Source: an uncultured delta proteobacterium
GTDB lineage: Bacteria; Desulfobacterota; RBG-13-43-22
Direction: 5' to 3'
DNA: 64,000 bases
Assembly: GCA_963790475.1 (NCBI GenBank)
Contig: CAWBOS010000015.1
Location: forward strand, 224,001 to 288,000
Shown: positions 10,606 through 19,691 of the stretch, one piece after another
Numbering within the stretch: position 1 is the first letter of the stretch
Layout of the letters: each line of letters opens with the position of its first letter
Notes under the pieces: model-generated
Database searches by the model: none
The model's input: only the letters and a program-made list of their open reading frames with translations
What the model was told of the DNA's origin: nothing
Made by a program: the position numbers and the translations under genes

Positions 10606-12590
10606 GCCCATCTTCCGCAGTTTGGAGAAAAAATCAAGAAAAACGTGATGAATTTTCAGGAATTGTTAAATGATTTCAAGTCCTGATCTTTGAAAATTGG
10701 ATGTAGTGAAGACCACCCCCTTGCCAGGTGCTGTGGGAACGGAGATAATGGGGTTATGTATCTCCGGCGTGCGACCAAAAAGAAAGGTGGAGCGGAGTAC
10801 GAGAGCTGGCTTTTAGTTGAGTCGGTCCGTACTGCCCGAGGGCCCCGTCAGCGAGTAGTGGCGACGATAGGGAAACTTCCTGGCCTTGATCGGGAAGAGC
10901 GGATAGGTTGGGAGGAGATCGGACGGATTCTTTCCGGAAAGCCTCTACCTGGACCTGAACTGTTTGAGCAGGGGGAAGACCCCCCATCTTGGGCCACGGT
11001 CAATATCCATGGCGTAAGCGTCGAGCGACTCAGAGGCTTCGGCGATGTCTATTTGGGGTTGCTTTTGTGGAACAAACTGGGGCTTGCCAGGTTCTGCCGA
11101 GATCATATTCCTTCCAACCGGGAAGAGATTCCTTGGTCGATCATGGCGTCTATTTTAGTTCTTGGACGCTTTTGCGCCCCATCGTCGGAATTACAGATGG
11201 CCGAGTTTTGGTATGGCCAGACGGCCTTAGACGATCTGCTGGGAGTGGCCGACTATAAGATCAATGAGGATCGGCTTTATCGTGCCCTGGATGCCTTGCT
11301 TCCCCACAAGGATGCCTTAAGCCGTCACCTTCAGGAGCGTTATGGGGAACTGTTCGGCAGTAGCTTTGATTTTTTGTTTTATGACATAACCTCCACCTAT
11401 TTTGAGGGGACCGCCAAGGGCAATGCCCAGGCCAAGAGGGGTTACAGCCGGGACAGTCGTCCAGATTGTCCCCAGGTCTGCATCGGCCTGGTGGCCACCC
11501 GAGAGGGCTTTCCCATAGCCTTTGAGGTTTTTGACGGCAATCGACCGGATGTTACGACGACCCAAGAGATGGTTCAGATGATGGAGGCCAAATACGGCCA
11601 AGCCAACCGGATCTGGGTTATGGATCGCGGCATGGTGAGTGAGGAGAATCTGGAGTTTATGCGCAAAGTCGGTGCCCGCTATTTGGTCGGCACCCCAAAA
11701 GTGATGCTGAAGAAGTTTGAGCAGCAGCTTTTCGAACAGAACTGGGAAGCGGTCCAACCTGGTGTTGAGGTCAAGCTCTGTTGCTCGCCGGAAGGAACGG
11801 ATGAAATCTTTGTCCTGTGCCGGTCTCAAGGCCGGAAGGAGAAAGAAAACGCCATTCTAAACCACTTTTTGACCCGACTGGAAAGCCAACTGGATCACCT
11901 GGCCCGCCAGGCCGAAACCGGCAAGCTCCGAGACAAGCAGAAAGTCGAGCGGAGAATAGGGCGACTGCTGGAACAAAATAAACGTGCGGCCTCGTTGTTC
12001 AATATTACAGTCATAGAGACCGGTACCGGAAAAGACGCACCGCTTTCCCTAGAAGTCAAGAAGAACGAACAACGGCAACAGTGGGCCTTGGAGACCGGCG
12101 GTAGCTACATCCTGCGCACCAACTGGACCGAAAGTGACCCGAAAGTCCTATGGAATACCTACATCCAACTGACGGAAGTGGAAGATTCATTCCGTACCGA
12201 GAAACATGATCTGGGAATGCGACCGATCTTCCATCAAAAACAGGAACGGACCCAGGCTCATATCCTGGTCTGCTTCTTGGCGCTGACTATGTGGCGAACG
12301 CTCCAGCAATGGATGAAAGCCTCGGGACTCGGTACCGCCCCAAGAAAGCTGTTGGAGGAGTTGCGGGAATTGAAATCTTTGGATGTGCTACTACCGGCGC
12401 GGGAGAGAACCCTCCGGCTCAGAATGGTGGCTACTCCCTCAAAGGAACTCAAAGTGCTGCTTCAGAGATTGAAAATTCTGCTCCCCAACAAACCAAAAAT
12501 TATTGAAAATGTAGTGAAGAAAATGCCCTAATTCTTGTCGTAACTATTTGATATCGCGTCTTCCATGCTTTCTAACTGCGGAAGATGGGC
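10606..12590 (+). mobile_element. IS1634 family insertion sequence, copy 1 (1985 bp)
   Basis: Perfect 17-bp terminal IR GCCCATCTTCCGCAGTT, flanked by TA on both sides; near-identical copy at 42125-44109. Confidence 0.93.
10756..12531 (+). CDS. IS1634 family DDE transposase
   Basis: YDITSTYFEG, GYSRDSRPD, VMDRGM, VEDSFR..K..LGMRPIFHQ..R..AHI. Confidence 0.93.
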   Translation: MYLRRATKKKGGAEYESWLLVESVRTARGPRQRVVATIGKLPGLDREERIGWEEIGRILSGKPLPGPELFEQGEDPPSWATVNIHGVSVERLRGFGDVYLGLLLWNKLGLARFCRDHIPSNREEIPWSIMASILVLGRFCAPSSELQMAEFWYGQTALDDLLGVADYKINEDRLYRALDALLPHKDALSRHLQERYGELFGSSFDFLFYDITSTYFEGTAKGNAQAKRGYSRDSRPDCPQVCIGLVATREGFPIAFEVFDGNRPDVTTTQEMVQMMEAKYGQANRIWVMDRGMVSEENLEFMRKVGARYLVGTPKVMLKKFEQQLFEQNWEAVQPGVEVKLCCSPEGTDEIFVLCRSQGRKEKENAILNHFLTRLESQLDHLARQAETGKLRDKQKVERRIGRLLEQNKRAASLFNITVIETGTGKDAPLSLEVKKNEQRQQWALETGGSYILRTNWTESDPKVLWNTYIQLTEVEDSFRTEKHDLGMRPIFHQKQERTQAHILVCFLALTMWRTLQQWMKASGLGTAPRKLLEELRELKSLDVLLPARERTLRLRMVATPSKELKVLLQRLKILLPNKPKIIENVVKKMP

Positions 12591-12729
12591 TAAAAGGGAA
12601 AGGTTGAGTTGGGATGTTTTCTCGAAGTCTTATTTTGGATGAAAATTAATACCATTCCTCAGAGAAATTTCCATAGAATTTTGAGGATGAAACCTGGCCT
12701 CGGACTTCGGCCGCGGCCCGCCTGGACGG

Positions 12730-13275
12730 TTATTTTGAAACGATATATCTGAAGAAGCAGGCGTCGTCGCCCCCGGAGAGGAACTTGGTGATCTCGATGG
12801 TAAGATCGGGATTATAGCCAAAAAGAATCGCCCGGTCGATCCATTTGCAATAGTAGTGGAAATAAGGTTCCAGGCCCAGGTCACAGGCCCCGTCCCGGAT
12901 GAAGCATCGATTGATTGTCAGGGTGAGGTCCTTCCCCTCGATGTTCGGGACGGACGTGTTCGCCGCCGAGGTATCCAGGTCCATATGAACCAGGAAGTTC
13001 TTGAAGGAGAGGGCCAGCCCCCGGGCCTTCACTTTTTCGGCGATCCGTTTGCCCCTCCTCCACCCGAAATCCTCCACGGCTTTTTTGATGATCGCCTCCC
13101 CCTTCCCGATGCCCACCTCGTCGATCACGGTCTTGGCCAAGACCGCAAACATCTGACCCATCAAGGCCGGCATCGGGGTAATAGTCCGGCCGGAGAGCTC
13201 TGCCCTTTCCTTCATCGCCTCTGCCAGGTAGTCCCAGGAAAGGCCCTCACTCTTTTCTTTTTGAATCTCGTCCAT
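12730..13275 (-). CDS. L-2-amino-thiazoline-4-carboxylate hydrolase-like (V4R-type) protein
   Basis: AVEDFGWRRG, RC...YCKWID..GYNPD...GDDAC.F cysteine pattern. Confidence 0.7.
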   Translation of the reverse strand: MDEIQKEKSEGLSWDYLAEAMKERAELSGRTITPMPALMGQMFAVLAKTVIDEVGIGKGEAIIKKAVEDFGWRRGKRIAEKVKARGLALSFKNFLVHMDLDTSAANTSVPNIEGKDLTLTINRCFIRDGACDLGLEPYFHYYCKWIDRAILFGYNPDLTIEITKFLSGGDDACFFRYIVSK

Positions 13276-13287
13276 GGAAGTCCTCCT

Positions 13288-13626
13288 TTATGGTTTTCTC
13301 ACGACCAGATCTTTGACGACCCGGTCAGGGCTGATGGGCTCGATAGTCACATCCCCCTTCAGCTCCGTTTGGCATAGGAGTCCCGCCTTTCCATTGATCC
13401 TGCCTGTGCACCGGCCGCAGACCCCGAGGGTGCAGGCTGCATGGTCGAAATAAGCGATAGTCGGATCGAGGTGATGGTAGATGTAGTCCAGTGCGTTCAT
13501 GACGCTCATCCCCGTATCGAGGGGAACGGCATAGTCCCGATACGAAGGGGTCTTGTCCGTATGCGGATCAAACCGAAAGAGGTGTACCGTGATCAAGCTC
13601 TGTTTCATAATGGCCTTCCCCATCAT
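13288..13626 (-). CDS. Stand-alone 2Fe-2S domain of SdhB/FrdB type
   Basis: FRFDP, CxxGxCGxC...NG...C, VVKDLVV; no 4Fe-4S domain. Confidence 0.8.
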   Translation of the reverse strand: MMGKAIMKQSLITVHLFRFDPHTDKTPSYRDYAVPLDTGMSVMNALDYIYHHLDPTIAYFDHAACTLGVCGRCTGRINGKAGLLCQTELKGDVTIEPISPDRVVKDLVVRKP

Positions 13627-13631
13627 ATCGA

Positions 13632-15425
13632 TTAGTGCTTCCCGCCCGTGTCCGAGTGGGAGAGCATGAGGCGTTTCATCATTTCCAGATAATCGGCGCT
13701 TCCGGCCGGCGGGGTGTCGGCACCGGCGGTAACCGGACGCGTTGTGACGGCAAATAAACCGTCCCGAAAGGTCACGATTGATTCTTTAAGCCAAGTGTCA
13801 TTGTCGGTTTTCGGGTAATCCTGACGGAAGTGGACACCCCGGCTCTCGGTGCGCTCCAGTGCACTCCTGGCTGCCGCCAAGAGCAGGTGGACAATGTTTG
13901 GTAACTCCAAGGCGTCAAGCCATTCCTTATTGTAGGCGCGCGTCTTCCCGGTCACGGCCAAAAAGGGAAGCTCGTCATTCTTTACTCCCTCAAGGAGGGC
14001 AATGAAGTCCCTGAGCTCTTTTTCGGTGCGGATGGGGCCGAGGTGCCTGTGGGCGGCCTCCTGTACTCTGCGCCGGAGGGCGCCGGGTCTCCGTCCCGTT
14101 TTTCTCTTCAGGGGGGCTGAAATCCCGGACTCATGACGGGCAAAGGTATCGGTAGAATGCTTTGAGGTTGCGATTTTCGCGGCGTAGTCGGCAGCGTTCC
14201 TACCGGCATCCCTCCCCTGAACAAGCATCTCGGTGATCGCTGAAAAGACCCGGTTTGCCCCGAAGGCGCCCAAGCAGCACTCTCCTGCGGCAAAAAGCCC
14301 CTGGATGGTTGTCTCGAAGCGTTCGTTGACCACGATCCCACCGTCAAAATATTCCACCGCGGGACCTACCTCGACCGGCTCGTTTTGTTCGAGCATCAGC
14401 GTCCATCGGGTGAGGTCAAGGGCCTTGTACTTCCAGTTGGGGAAGATAAAACCGCCGATCGCCTTCATGGTATCCCAGGGAACATCACCCCTGCTGTAGT
14501 GGACGCCGCCGTTCTTAAAGCCCCGCCCGGCCGCGGCCTCTTTGGCCGAGACGTGGGACAGGAAGCTCTTGTTCCATTCGGTGGTAGTGCCGATCCTGAC
14601 GACATCGGGGTCGTATCCGGCGAGGATGTCTTCTCCCCGGTTGTTAGTGAGGCGTCCCCCGGCAATCAGAGATAGCATATAGGGGGCGATGCTGCCCCGC
14701 CACATTGGCGGATCGTAGAAGACATTGCAGCAGAAAGTGATGAACTCCATATTGCCGATGTCCGCACCCGCCTTGTGGGCGATAGCGATCCCCTCACCGG
14801 AGAGATCCCTCATGCCGGTGGTAGGCTCAAACGCCTTGTGCCAACCCCCGGTGGCCATCACCACGGACCTGGCCCGAATTCGTAAAAAATCGCCCGTCAT
14901 GATGTCCAGCGCAACCCCCCCGACAACCCGGCCGTCCTCCACTACCAGGTCAAGGAGGGCCACGTTTTCGATGAGCGTGACGCCCAACCTTCGCGCCCGT
15001 TTCAGGAGGACATCCATAATCTTGGTACCGGAGGTAAAAATCATCCTCTGGTCGGAGGTCTTGATATCGATACCCCATTCGATGAGCTCTTTCAAGCAGC
15101 CGGGGGCGGCGGCGATGTACTGATCGACAAGACGTCGGTTGTTGAGGTGCCACCCTTGGGTGACGATGTCGTTGTATACCTTTTCGCGGCTGTCGTTGGG
15201 ATCTCCGGTCAAACCTTCAATTTCGCTCATGCTCCTCCCGTCCAGCGTAAAATCGGCCCCCGCCATCGGGGAGGCCCCGGAACGGGCGAGTGGCCCCTTG
15301 GAGAGGAGGATCACCCCCGCGCCACGCTCGACGGCGCAAATGGCGGCCCTAAATCCCGCCCCCCCGCCTCCGACGACGAGAACGTCGATCGAGAGATCAA
15401 GAGCCTTATGGTTACCGGTTCCCAT
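13632..15425 (-). CDS. SdhA/FrdA/NadB-family FAD-binding oxidoreductase
   Basis: GGGGAG, ATGG, GLFAAGE, GANR, RTESRGVHFRQDYP. Confidence 0.85.
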   Translation of the reverse strand: MGTGNHKALDLSIDVLVVGGGGAGFRAAICAVERGAGVILLSKGPLARSGASPMAGADFTLDGRSMSEIEGLTGDPNDSREKVYNDIVTQGWHLNNRRLVDQYIAAAPGCLKELIEWGIDIKTSDQRMIFTSGTKIMDVLLKRARRLGVTLIENVALLDLVVEDGRVVGGVALDIMTGDFLRIRARSVVMATGGWHKAFEPTTGMRDLSGEGIAIAHKAGADIGNMEFITFCCNVFYDPPMWRGSIAPYMLSLIAGGRLTNNRGEDILAGYDPDVVRIGTTTEWNKSFLSHVSAKEAAAGRGFKNGGVHYSRGDVPWDTMKAIGGFIFPNWKYKALDLTRWTLMLEQNEPVEVGPAVEYFDGGIVVNERFETTIQGLFAAGECCLGAFGANRVFSAITEMLVQGRDAGRNAADYAAKIATSKHSTDTFARHESGISAPLKRKTGRRPGALRRRVQEAAHRHLGPIRTEKELRDFIALLEGVKNDELPFLAVTGKTRAYNKEWLDALELPNIVHLLLAAARSALERTESRGVHFRQDYPKTDNDTWLKESIVTFRDGLFAVTTRPVTAGADTPPAGSADYLEMMKRLMLSHSDTGGKH

Positions 15426-15647
15426 GATACCTCCGATTAAGGATGGTTATAGATAAGAACTTATTTTTGATGGGAACAGTATAAAATGAGACAAATACAG
15501 GATCAAGAAGAAAAATTGGGAAAACGGGATAAGTGACTGAAGGGGTCTTCTCAAGAAAATGGGACTTGTGAATAGTTTTCTATGTTGTAATGACGGAGAC
15601 ATATCAGTCGCCTTCATTACCCACCCGTTCGAACAATTTCAAAGAGA

Positions 15648-15680
15648 CCAAAGCCCCAAGCCATTCTTGGGGCTTTTGGT
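15648..15680. terminator. Hairpin, probable terminator
   Basis: ACCAAAGCCCCAAG-ccatt-CTTGGGGCTTTTGGT. Confidence 0.6.
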
Positions 15681-15709
15681 CGATTCCAAGTTGAAAAACC
15701 TGATTGGTC

Positions 15710-15922
15710 CTACTGAATGAGGGTTGAGCCCCAATTGAATTTGTAGTTCACACCAACCACTATTCCGTTCGATTGTGCGTTTATGTCGGATGACCTCTGT
15801 GCAATAGGGAAAGTGACAGTGTAGTCAGGTGTGTTGTTGTACCGATATTCGACGAAAGCACTCCAGTTAGGAGCGAAGCCGTACTCGATACCCCCACCAA
15901 TTGTCCACCCGGTCCTGTCCGT
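15710..15922 (-). pseudogene. C-terminal remnant of an Omp25/Omp31-like beta-barrel outer-membrane protein
   Basis: Hand translation: TDRTGWTIGGGIEYGFAPNWSAFVEYRY...GIVVGVNYKF...stop; no start codon; absent from ORF track. Confidence 0.75.
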
Positions 15923-15957
15923 CTATGGGGGATGCAACCTCCAAACCACTATTTAAA

Positions 15958-18120
15958 TCAAACCAAAAGAATTGAAAATACGGCGAGCGCCAACATCGCT
16001 TTTGTCGTTATATCGATGCCTGCCACGGGGATTAATATCAATCCGGCGAGGAGTGAACCTGCACACCCGCCGAGGAGGTCCGCCGAATACAAGGATGAAA
16101 TCACGCTCTTTTGATCTTGAATTTCATAAATGCTGACATAGGCGAAGATACCCGCCACTAAAATTCCTACTACGGCCAGGAGCAATGCAGTCAGGGCTAA
16201 ACCGGATGAAGCGCTCAGCGTTATTTTCATGGTTATGATAAGGGAAAGTAGCACGAATCCAACCAGCAGGCCAACCCCATACCATCTTGCCCGTTTTCGC
16301 CGATTCCTTAAACGGACTATGGATTGATTGATGGCCATTGACCCCAGGGCGAGCCCGGCCATGAAACTCATCAGCAGAATCCCTAGGTCCTGGTAGAGCA
16401 CGCCATGTTTCGCCTGATAGTATAGAATGAGAATCGTTTCCAGCACCATTCCTATGAAGCCGGCAACAGCCACCAGCAAAACACGACGCAAAGACGGCCG
16501 GAGTCGGCTGAGCAGAAAAGCGATGGGAAAACAAATAGTCACCACATATCGAAATGAAGACCTTACCGTCCCTTTGTCAATGAAGGAAGAAAAATCCGAC
16601 CAAGAGATGCGGGGGAAGAACTTAGAAAGCCAGATCATGAAAGCATACCGGTAGCATGCCGGTCTCAAGTCTGTATTCGGCTGCGCCGTTTCTCTCCGCA
16701 ACAAATTCCCGATTTCAAAGAACCGATCGTTATTAAAGAGATATTTAATATAGTTGGCAGAAATTAATCTGGTCCTGAGCCTCCTTTCCTGGAGGCGGCG
16801 GGACATTGCCTCCGGCAGGCCTGACAGAGGATTGCGGGAAGCAGTCACGACATTCGTCGTTCCCGGCAGAAAAAGCACATTGGTAAAAACCGATGTGAGA
16901 GCGCGGTAAATACTTGCCGTACGCCACAGTAACTGAGGACTCCACAGATTCTCGGCCGAGCGGAGCCTGAAGGCCTGGATACCCCCGGAATTCAGTTTTG
17001 CCGCGCACTGTTCAAAAAATTCCCTGGTGTAGAATCGGTTTGTTTGTCCCGATTGCGGTTCCGGCATACCGACCAATATAAGATCGTATGTTCCGCTTTC
17101 TTTAAGAAACAATCGGGGGTCGGCAAAGATGATGCGGACCCGTGGATCCTCGAGCGATTTTTGAATGTCGTCGGGGAGATGCCTGGAAATGAGCTCCAGC
17201 ATCGCCGGATTCAGTTCGACGTAGTCGATTTTTTCCGGACCATGCTGAAGCATTTCTCTTACGGTTCCTTCAATCCCCCCGCCGAGGATCAGGACCTGCC
17301 GCGGATTCTGATGCTGGAGGGCGGCGAGATGGACAAAATATTCGGCCTCTGTTCCTTCCGTCTCAAAGGCCAGGGCATCATTTTCAAAAACAGATATCTG
17401 ATCATAGAGCCTGCTGACGGAAACTCTGCCGTAGGGAGTATCCCTGCTTTCCACCAGGTTGGGGTGGTTCCAGAGGGTCATCTGCCGGTCGAGGAAAGGT
17501 GCGATCCATAGAAGCATCAAGAAAATACCGGCCAATAGGCCCCCTGTCCATCGCCGGGGGGATATTCCGGCCCCTCTCAAAAAGAATAGGGGAACGATAG
17601 CCAGGGCCAGGCCACACACTAAGGCAATCGTGAAATTCTGTACCCCCCATTTGAGGAATAGAGTGGCAAACAAACCGCCGATCAGTCCCCCGGCGCTTTC
17701 AATGGCGTAAGCCACGGCCAGCGTTTTGTCGCTTGATACGTATCTTTTAGCCGACCACTGGAATAAAAGGCCGGACAACAGTCCCGTAGGGAGGAGAGAT
17801 AGGACTACAATCATCAATTGTTGAAGAAGTGAAAGATAAGCGCCGGGCACACCGCCGACCAGGATTCGGCTGGCACGGATGAATATCACCTCCAGAGGAA
17901 GGGTGACAGCGAAGATCATAAAAAGAAAAGCAAGGTGATGAAGGGATGGAAAATAATTCCGGCGGCCGATCAGGGCACCCGAGGCAGTCCAGAACAACCA
18001 CAGGCCAAGGGAAAAAAGGTAAATCAGCTCAACCCCATAGAAGGCAACGTTCAATTCCCGCATCAGAACAACCTGACCGAGAATGGAAATCAGCCCTACG
18101 GAGAGGAGTGGGATGATCAT
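15958..18120 (-). CDS. Membrane-embedded spermidine-synthase-like SAM-binding protein
   Basis: N- and C-terminal TM bundles around VLILGGG, YVELNP, NRFYTREFF. Confidence 0.8.
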   Translation of the reverse strand: MIIPLLSVGLISILGQVVLMRELNVAFYGVELIYLFSLGLWLFWTASGALIGRRNYFPSLHHLAFLFMIFAVTLPLEVIFIRASRILVGGVPGAYLSLLQQLMIVVLSLLPTGLLSGLLFQWSAKRYVSSDKTLAVAYAIESAGGLIGGLFATLFLKWGVQNFTIALVCGLALAIVPLFFLRGAGISPRRWTGGLLAGIFLMLLWIAPFLDRQMTLWNHPNLVESRDTPYGRVSVSRLYDQISVFENDALAFETEGTEAEYFVHLAALQHQNPRQVLILGGGIEGTVREMLQHGPEKIDYVELNPAMLELISRHLPDDIQKSLEDPRVRIIFADPRLFLKESGTYDLILVGMPEPQSGQTNRFYTREFFEQCAAKLNSGGIQAFRLRSAENLWSPQLLWRTASIYRALTSVFTNVLFLPGTTNVVTASRNPLSGLPEAMSRRLQERRLRTRLISANYIKYLFNNDRFFEIGNLLRRETAQPNTDLRPACYRYAFMIWLSKFFPRISWSDFSSFIDKGTVRSSFRYVVTICFPIAFLLSRLRPSLRRVLLVAVAGFIGMVLETILILYYQAKHGVLYQDLGILLMSFMAGLALGSMAINQSIVRLRNRRKRARWYGVGLLVGFVLLSLIITMKITLSASSGLALTALLLAVVGILVAGIFAYVSIYEIQDQKSVISSLYSADLLGGCAGSLLAGLILIPVAGIDITTKAMLALAVFSILLV

Positions 18121-18125
18121 AGACG

Positions 18126-19691
18126 CTATTTGAATTCAGATTCACTAAATACTACGGCCTGAAATGTTGACAGTTGGGCGTGTTGTTTCCAGCATCCCGT
18201 AATCAGGCCGGCCTTGAGGCAGAGATTATCGAGCAATTCTTCACGCTTCCAGCCCTGTTCTGAGGCCACCTGGGGAAGGAAGACGGTGGAATGCTCGTCT
18301 TTGCTCAGGAGAACACCATCCCGCCCGACAACGATATCTCCGGCGCCGGATACTGGCCTCAAGGGGGTCAGAACCGATATTTCAATATCAATTTCATTGA
18401 GTTCATCGGCGGATAGAGGGCTGAAACGTCTATCGTTCAGTGCTGACTGGACGGCCATGGTCCCGACCAGTTTACAGAGGGGCTCATCACCGATGATTCT
18501 GCCGATACACCCGCGCAGTTCGCCCTTTTTCCTGAGTGTGACGAAAACCCCTTGCGGATTCTGCAGATGGGGAGGAAAACCTCTGGCCAAAGGAACCGTA
18601 TCCGTTAAAAGGAGTCGGGATAGGGTTTCCCTGGCCAAGTGAAGCAGGGCCTTCTTATCGGCAGGCCGAAGCTCGCCCGTTGCGGGAGCCGTAGATAATC
18701 GACTTTGGGTGTCACCCCTTATTTTACCCTCTTCCCTGGTCAAGACAACAGCGCCATATCCGACCACACGCGATCGATCGGACATGACGGATGAATCTCC
18801 TGAGTTCGCATAGCTAACGACAACCCCACGTACGGCGCCGAGCCATTTAGCGGCCGCCATGGCGGCCATGATGGGCGCCTCTCCGCAGGCGCAGGTAACG
18901 AGTTGGGCAATACGCCGATCCATTTGGGCCTGGATAGTCGCCTGCAATAAAGCCGGGTCCAACTTGGTCATGATCTCGAGGGTTTTCTTATCAACGGCAG
19001 AGGCATCTTTTGCATTCGGGTAGTGCGAAAGATCGGAACTGGCAACGATCAGGGCCCGTTTGTTCTTTATGGTTTTGGCCAGGGCCTGACCGAAACGGGT
19101 GCACAGAGGTATTGAAGGTGAGCCAACCACCGCGGGAACAATGCGGGCCTTCGGAAAGAGAACCTGGATAAAAGGCACGATAACTTCAACGGAATGCTCC
19201 TGTTCGTGAAGCGATTTATCCAAGGTGCAATCGGCAGGATCCGCCTCCATAAGCGCAGAGACGACCTCTCGATCGATCGCTGCGGTTCCCAGAGGCGTAC
19301 GGAAGCCTTTTCCCGGGTAGAGAGACACTTTTTGGAACGAAGGGCTGGTGTGGTTTGTTCCTAAGATAATGACCACGTCATATTTTTGATTGCTAACCTG
19401 CTGGAATCCGTCAGCACAAATTTGACCGGAAAAGATATATCCGGCGTGGGGAACAATAATGGCCACAGGGCTTTTAACTTTGACAGGAATCGCATCCTGA
19501 AGGAATTTTTCGATAGCGAGTTTCAACCTGGAGGGGGAATCGGAATAGAACTTTCCGGCAACGACCGGGGCGCGAACTTCGGCATCAGAAGCCTTCTCTG
19601 CCTGACAGGCCGACGCAAAGCCGAGACCAATGACGATCAGTATCAGACACCAGGGCATGATTCTCATTTCCAGCCACCTCCTCACCTTCAC
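18126..19691 (-). CDS. AmmeMemoRadiSam protein B + protein A fusion (Memo + AMMECR1) with N-terminal signal peptide
   Basis: VAGKFY, PHAGY, EHSVE, SSDLSHY, ACG; GVFVTL, LRGCIG, DRRF, FLPQV, LCLKAG. Confidence 0.9.
   Translation of the reverse strand: MKVRRWLEMRIMPWCLILIVIGLGFASACQAEKASDAEVRAPVVAGKFYSDSPSRLKLAIEKFLQDAIPVKVKSPVAIIVPHAGYIFSGQICADGFQQVSNQKYDVVIILGTNHTSPSFQKVSLYPGKGFRTPLGTAAIDREVVSALMEADPADCTLDKSLHEQEHSVEVIVPFIQVLFPKARIVPAVVGSPSIPLCTRFGQALAKTIKNKRALIVASSDLSHYPNAKDASAVDKKTLEIMTKLDPALLQATIQAQMDRRIAQLVTCACGEAPIMAAMAAAKWLGAVRGVVVSYANSGDSSVMSDRSRVVGYGAVVLTREEGKIRGDTQSRLSTAPATGELRPADKKALLHLARETLSRLLLTDTVPLARGFPPHLQNPQGVFVTLRKKGELRGCIGRIIGDEPLCKLVGTMAVQSALNDRRFSPLSADELNEIDIEISVLTPLRPVSGAGDIVVGRDGVLLSKDEHSTVFLPQVASEQGWKREELLDNLCLKAGLITGCWKQHAQLSTFQAVVFSESEFK

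Noticed and set aside
10438-10686. ORF running into the IS left end
   Set aside because: No recognisable motif; its 3' part is IS sequence.
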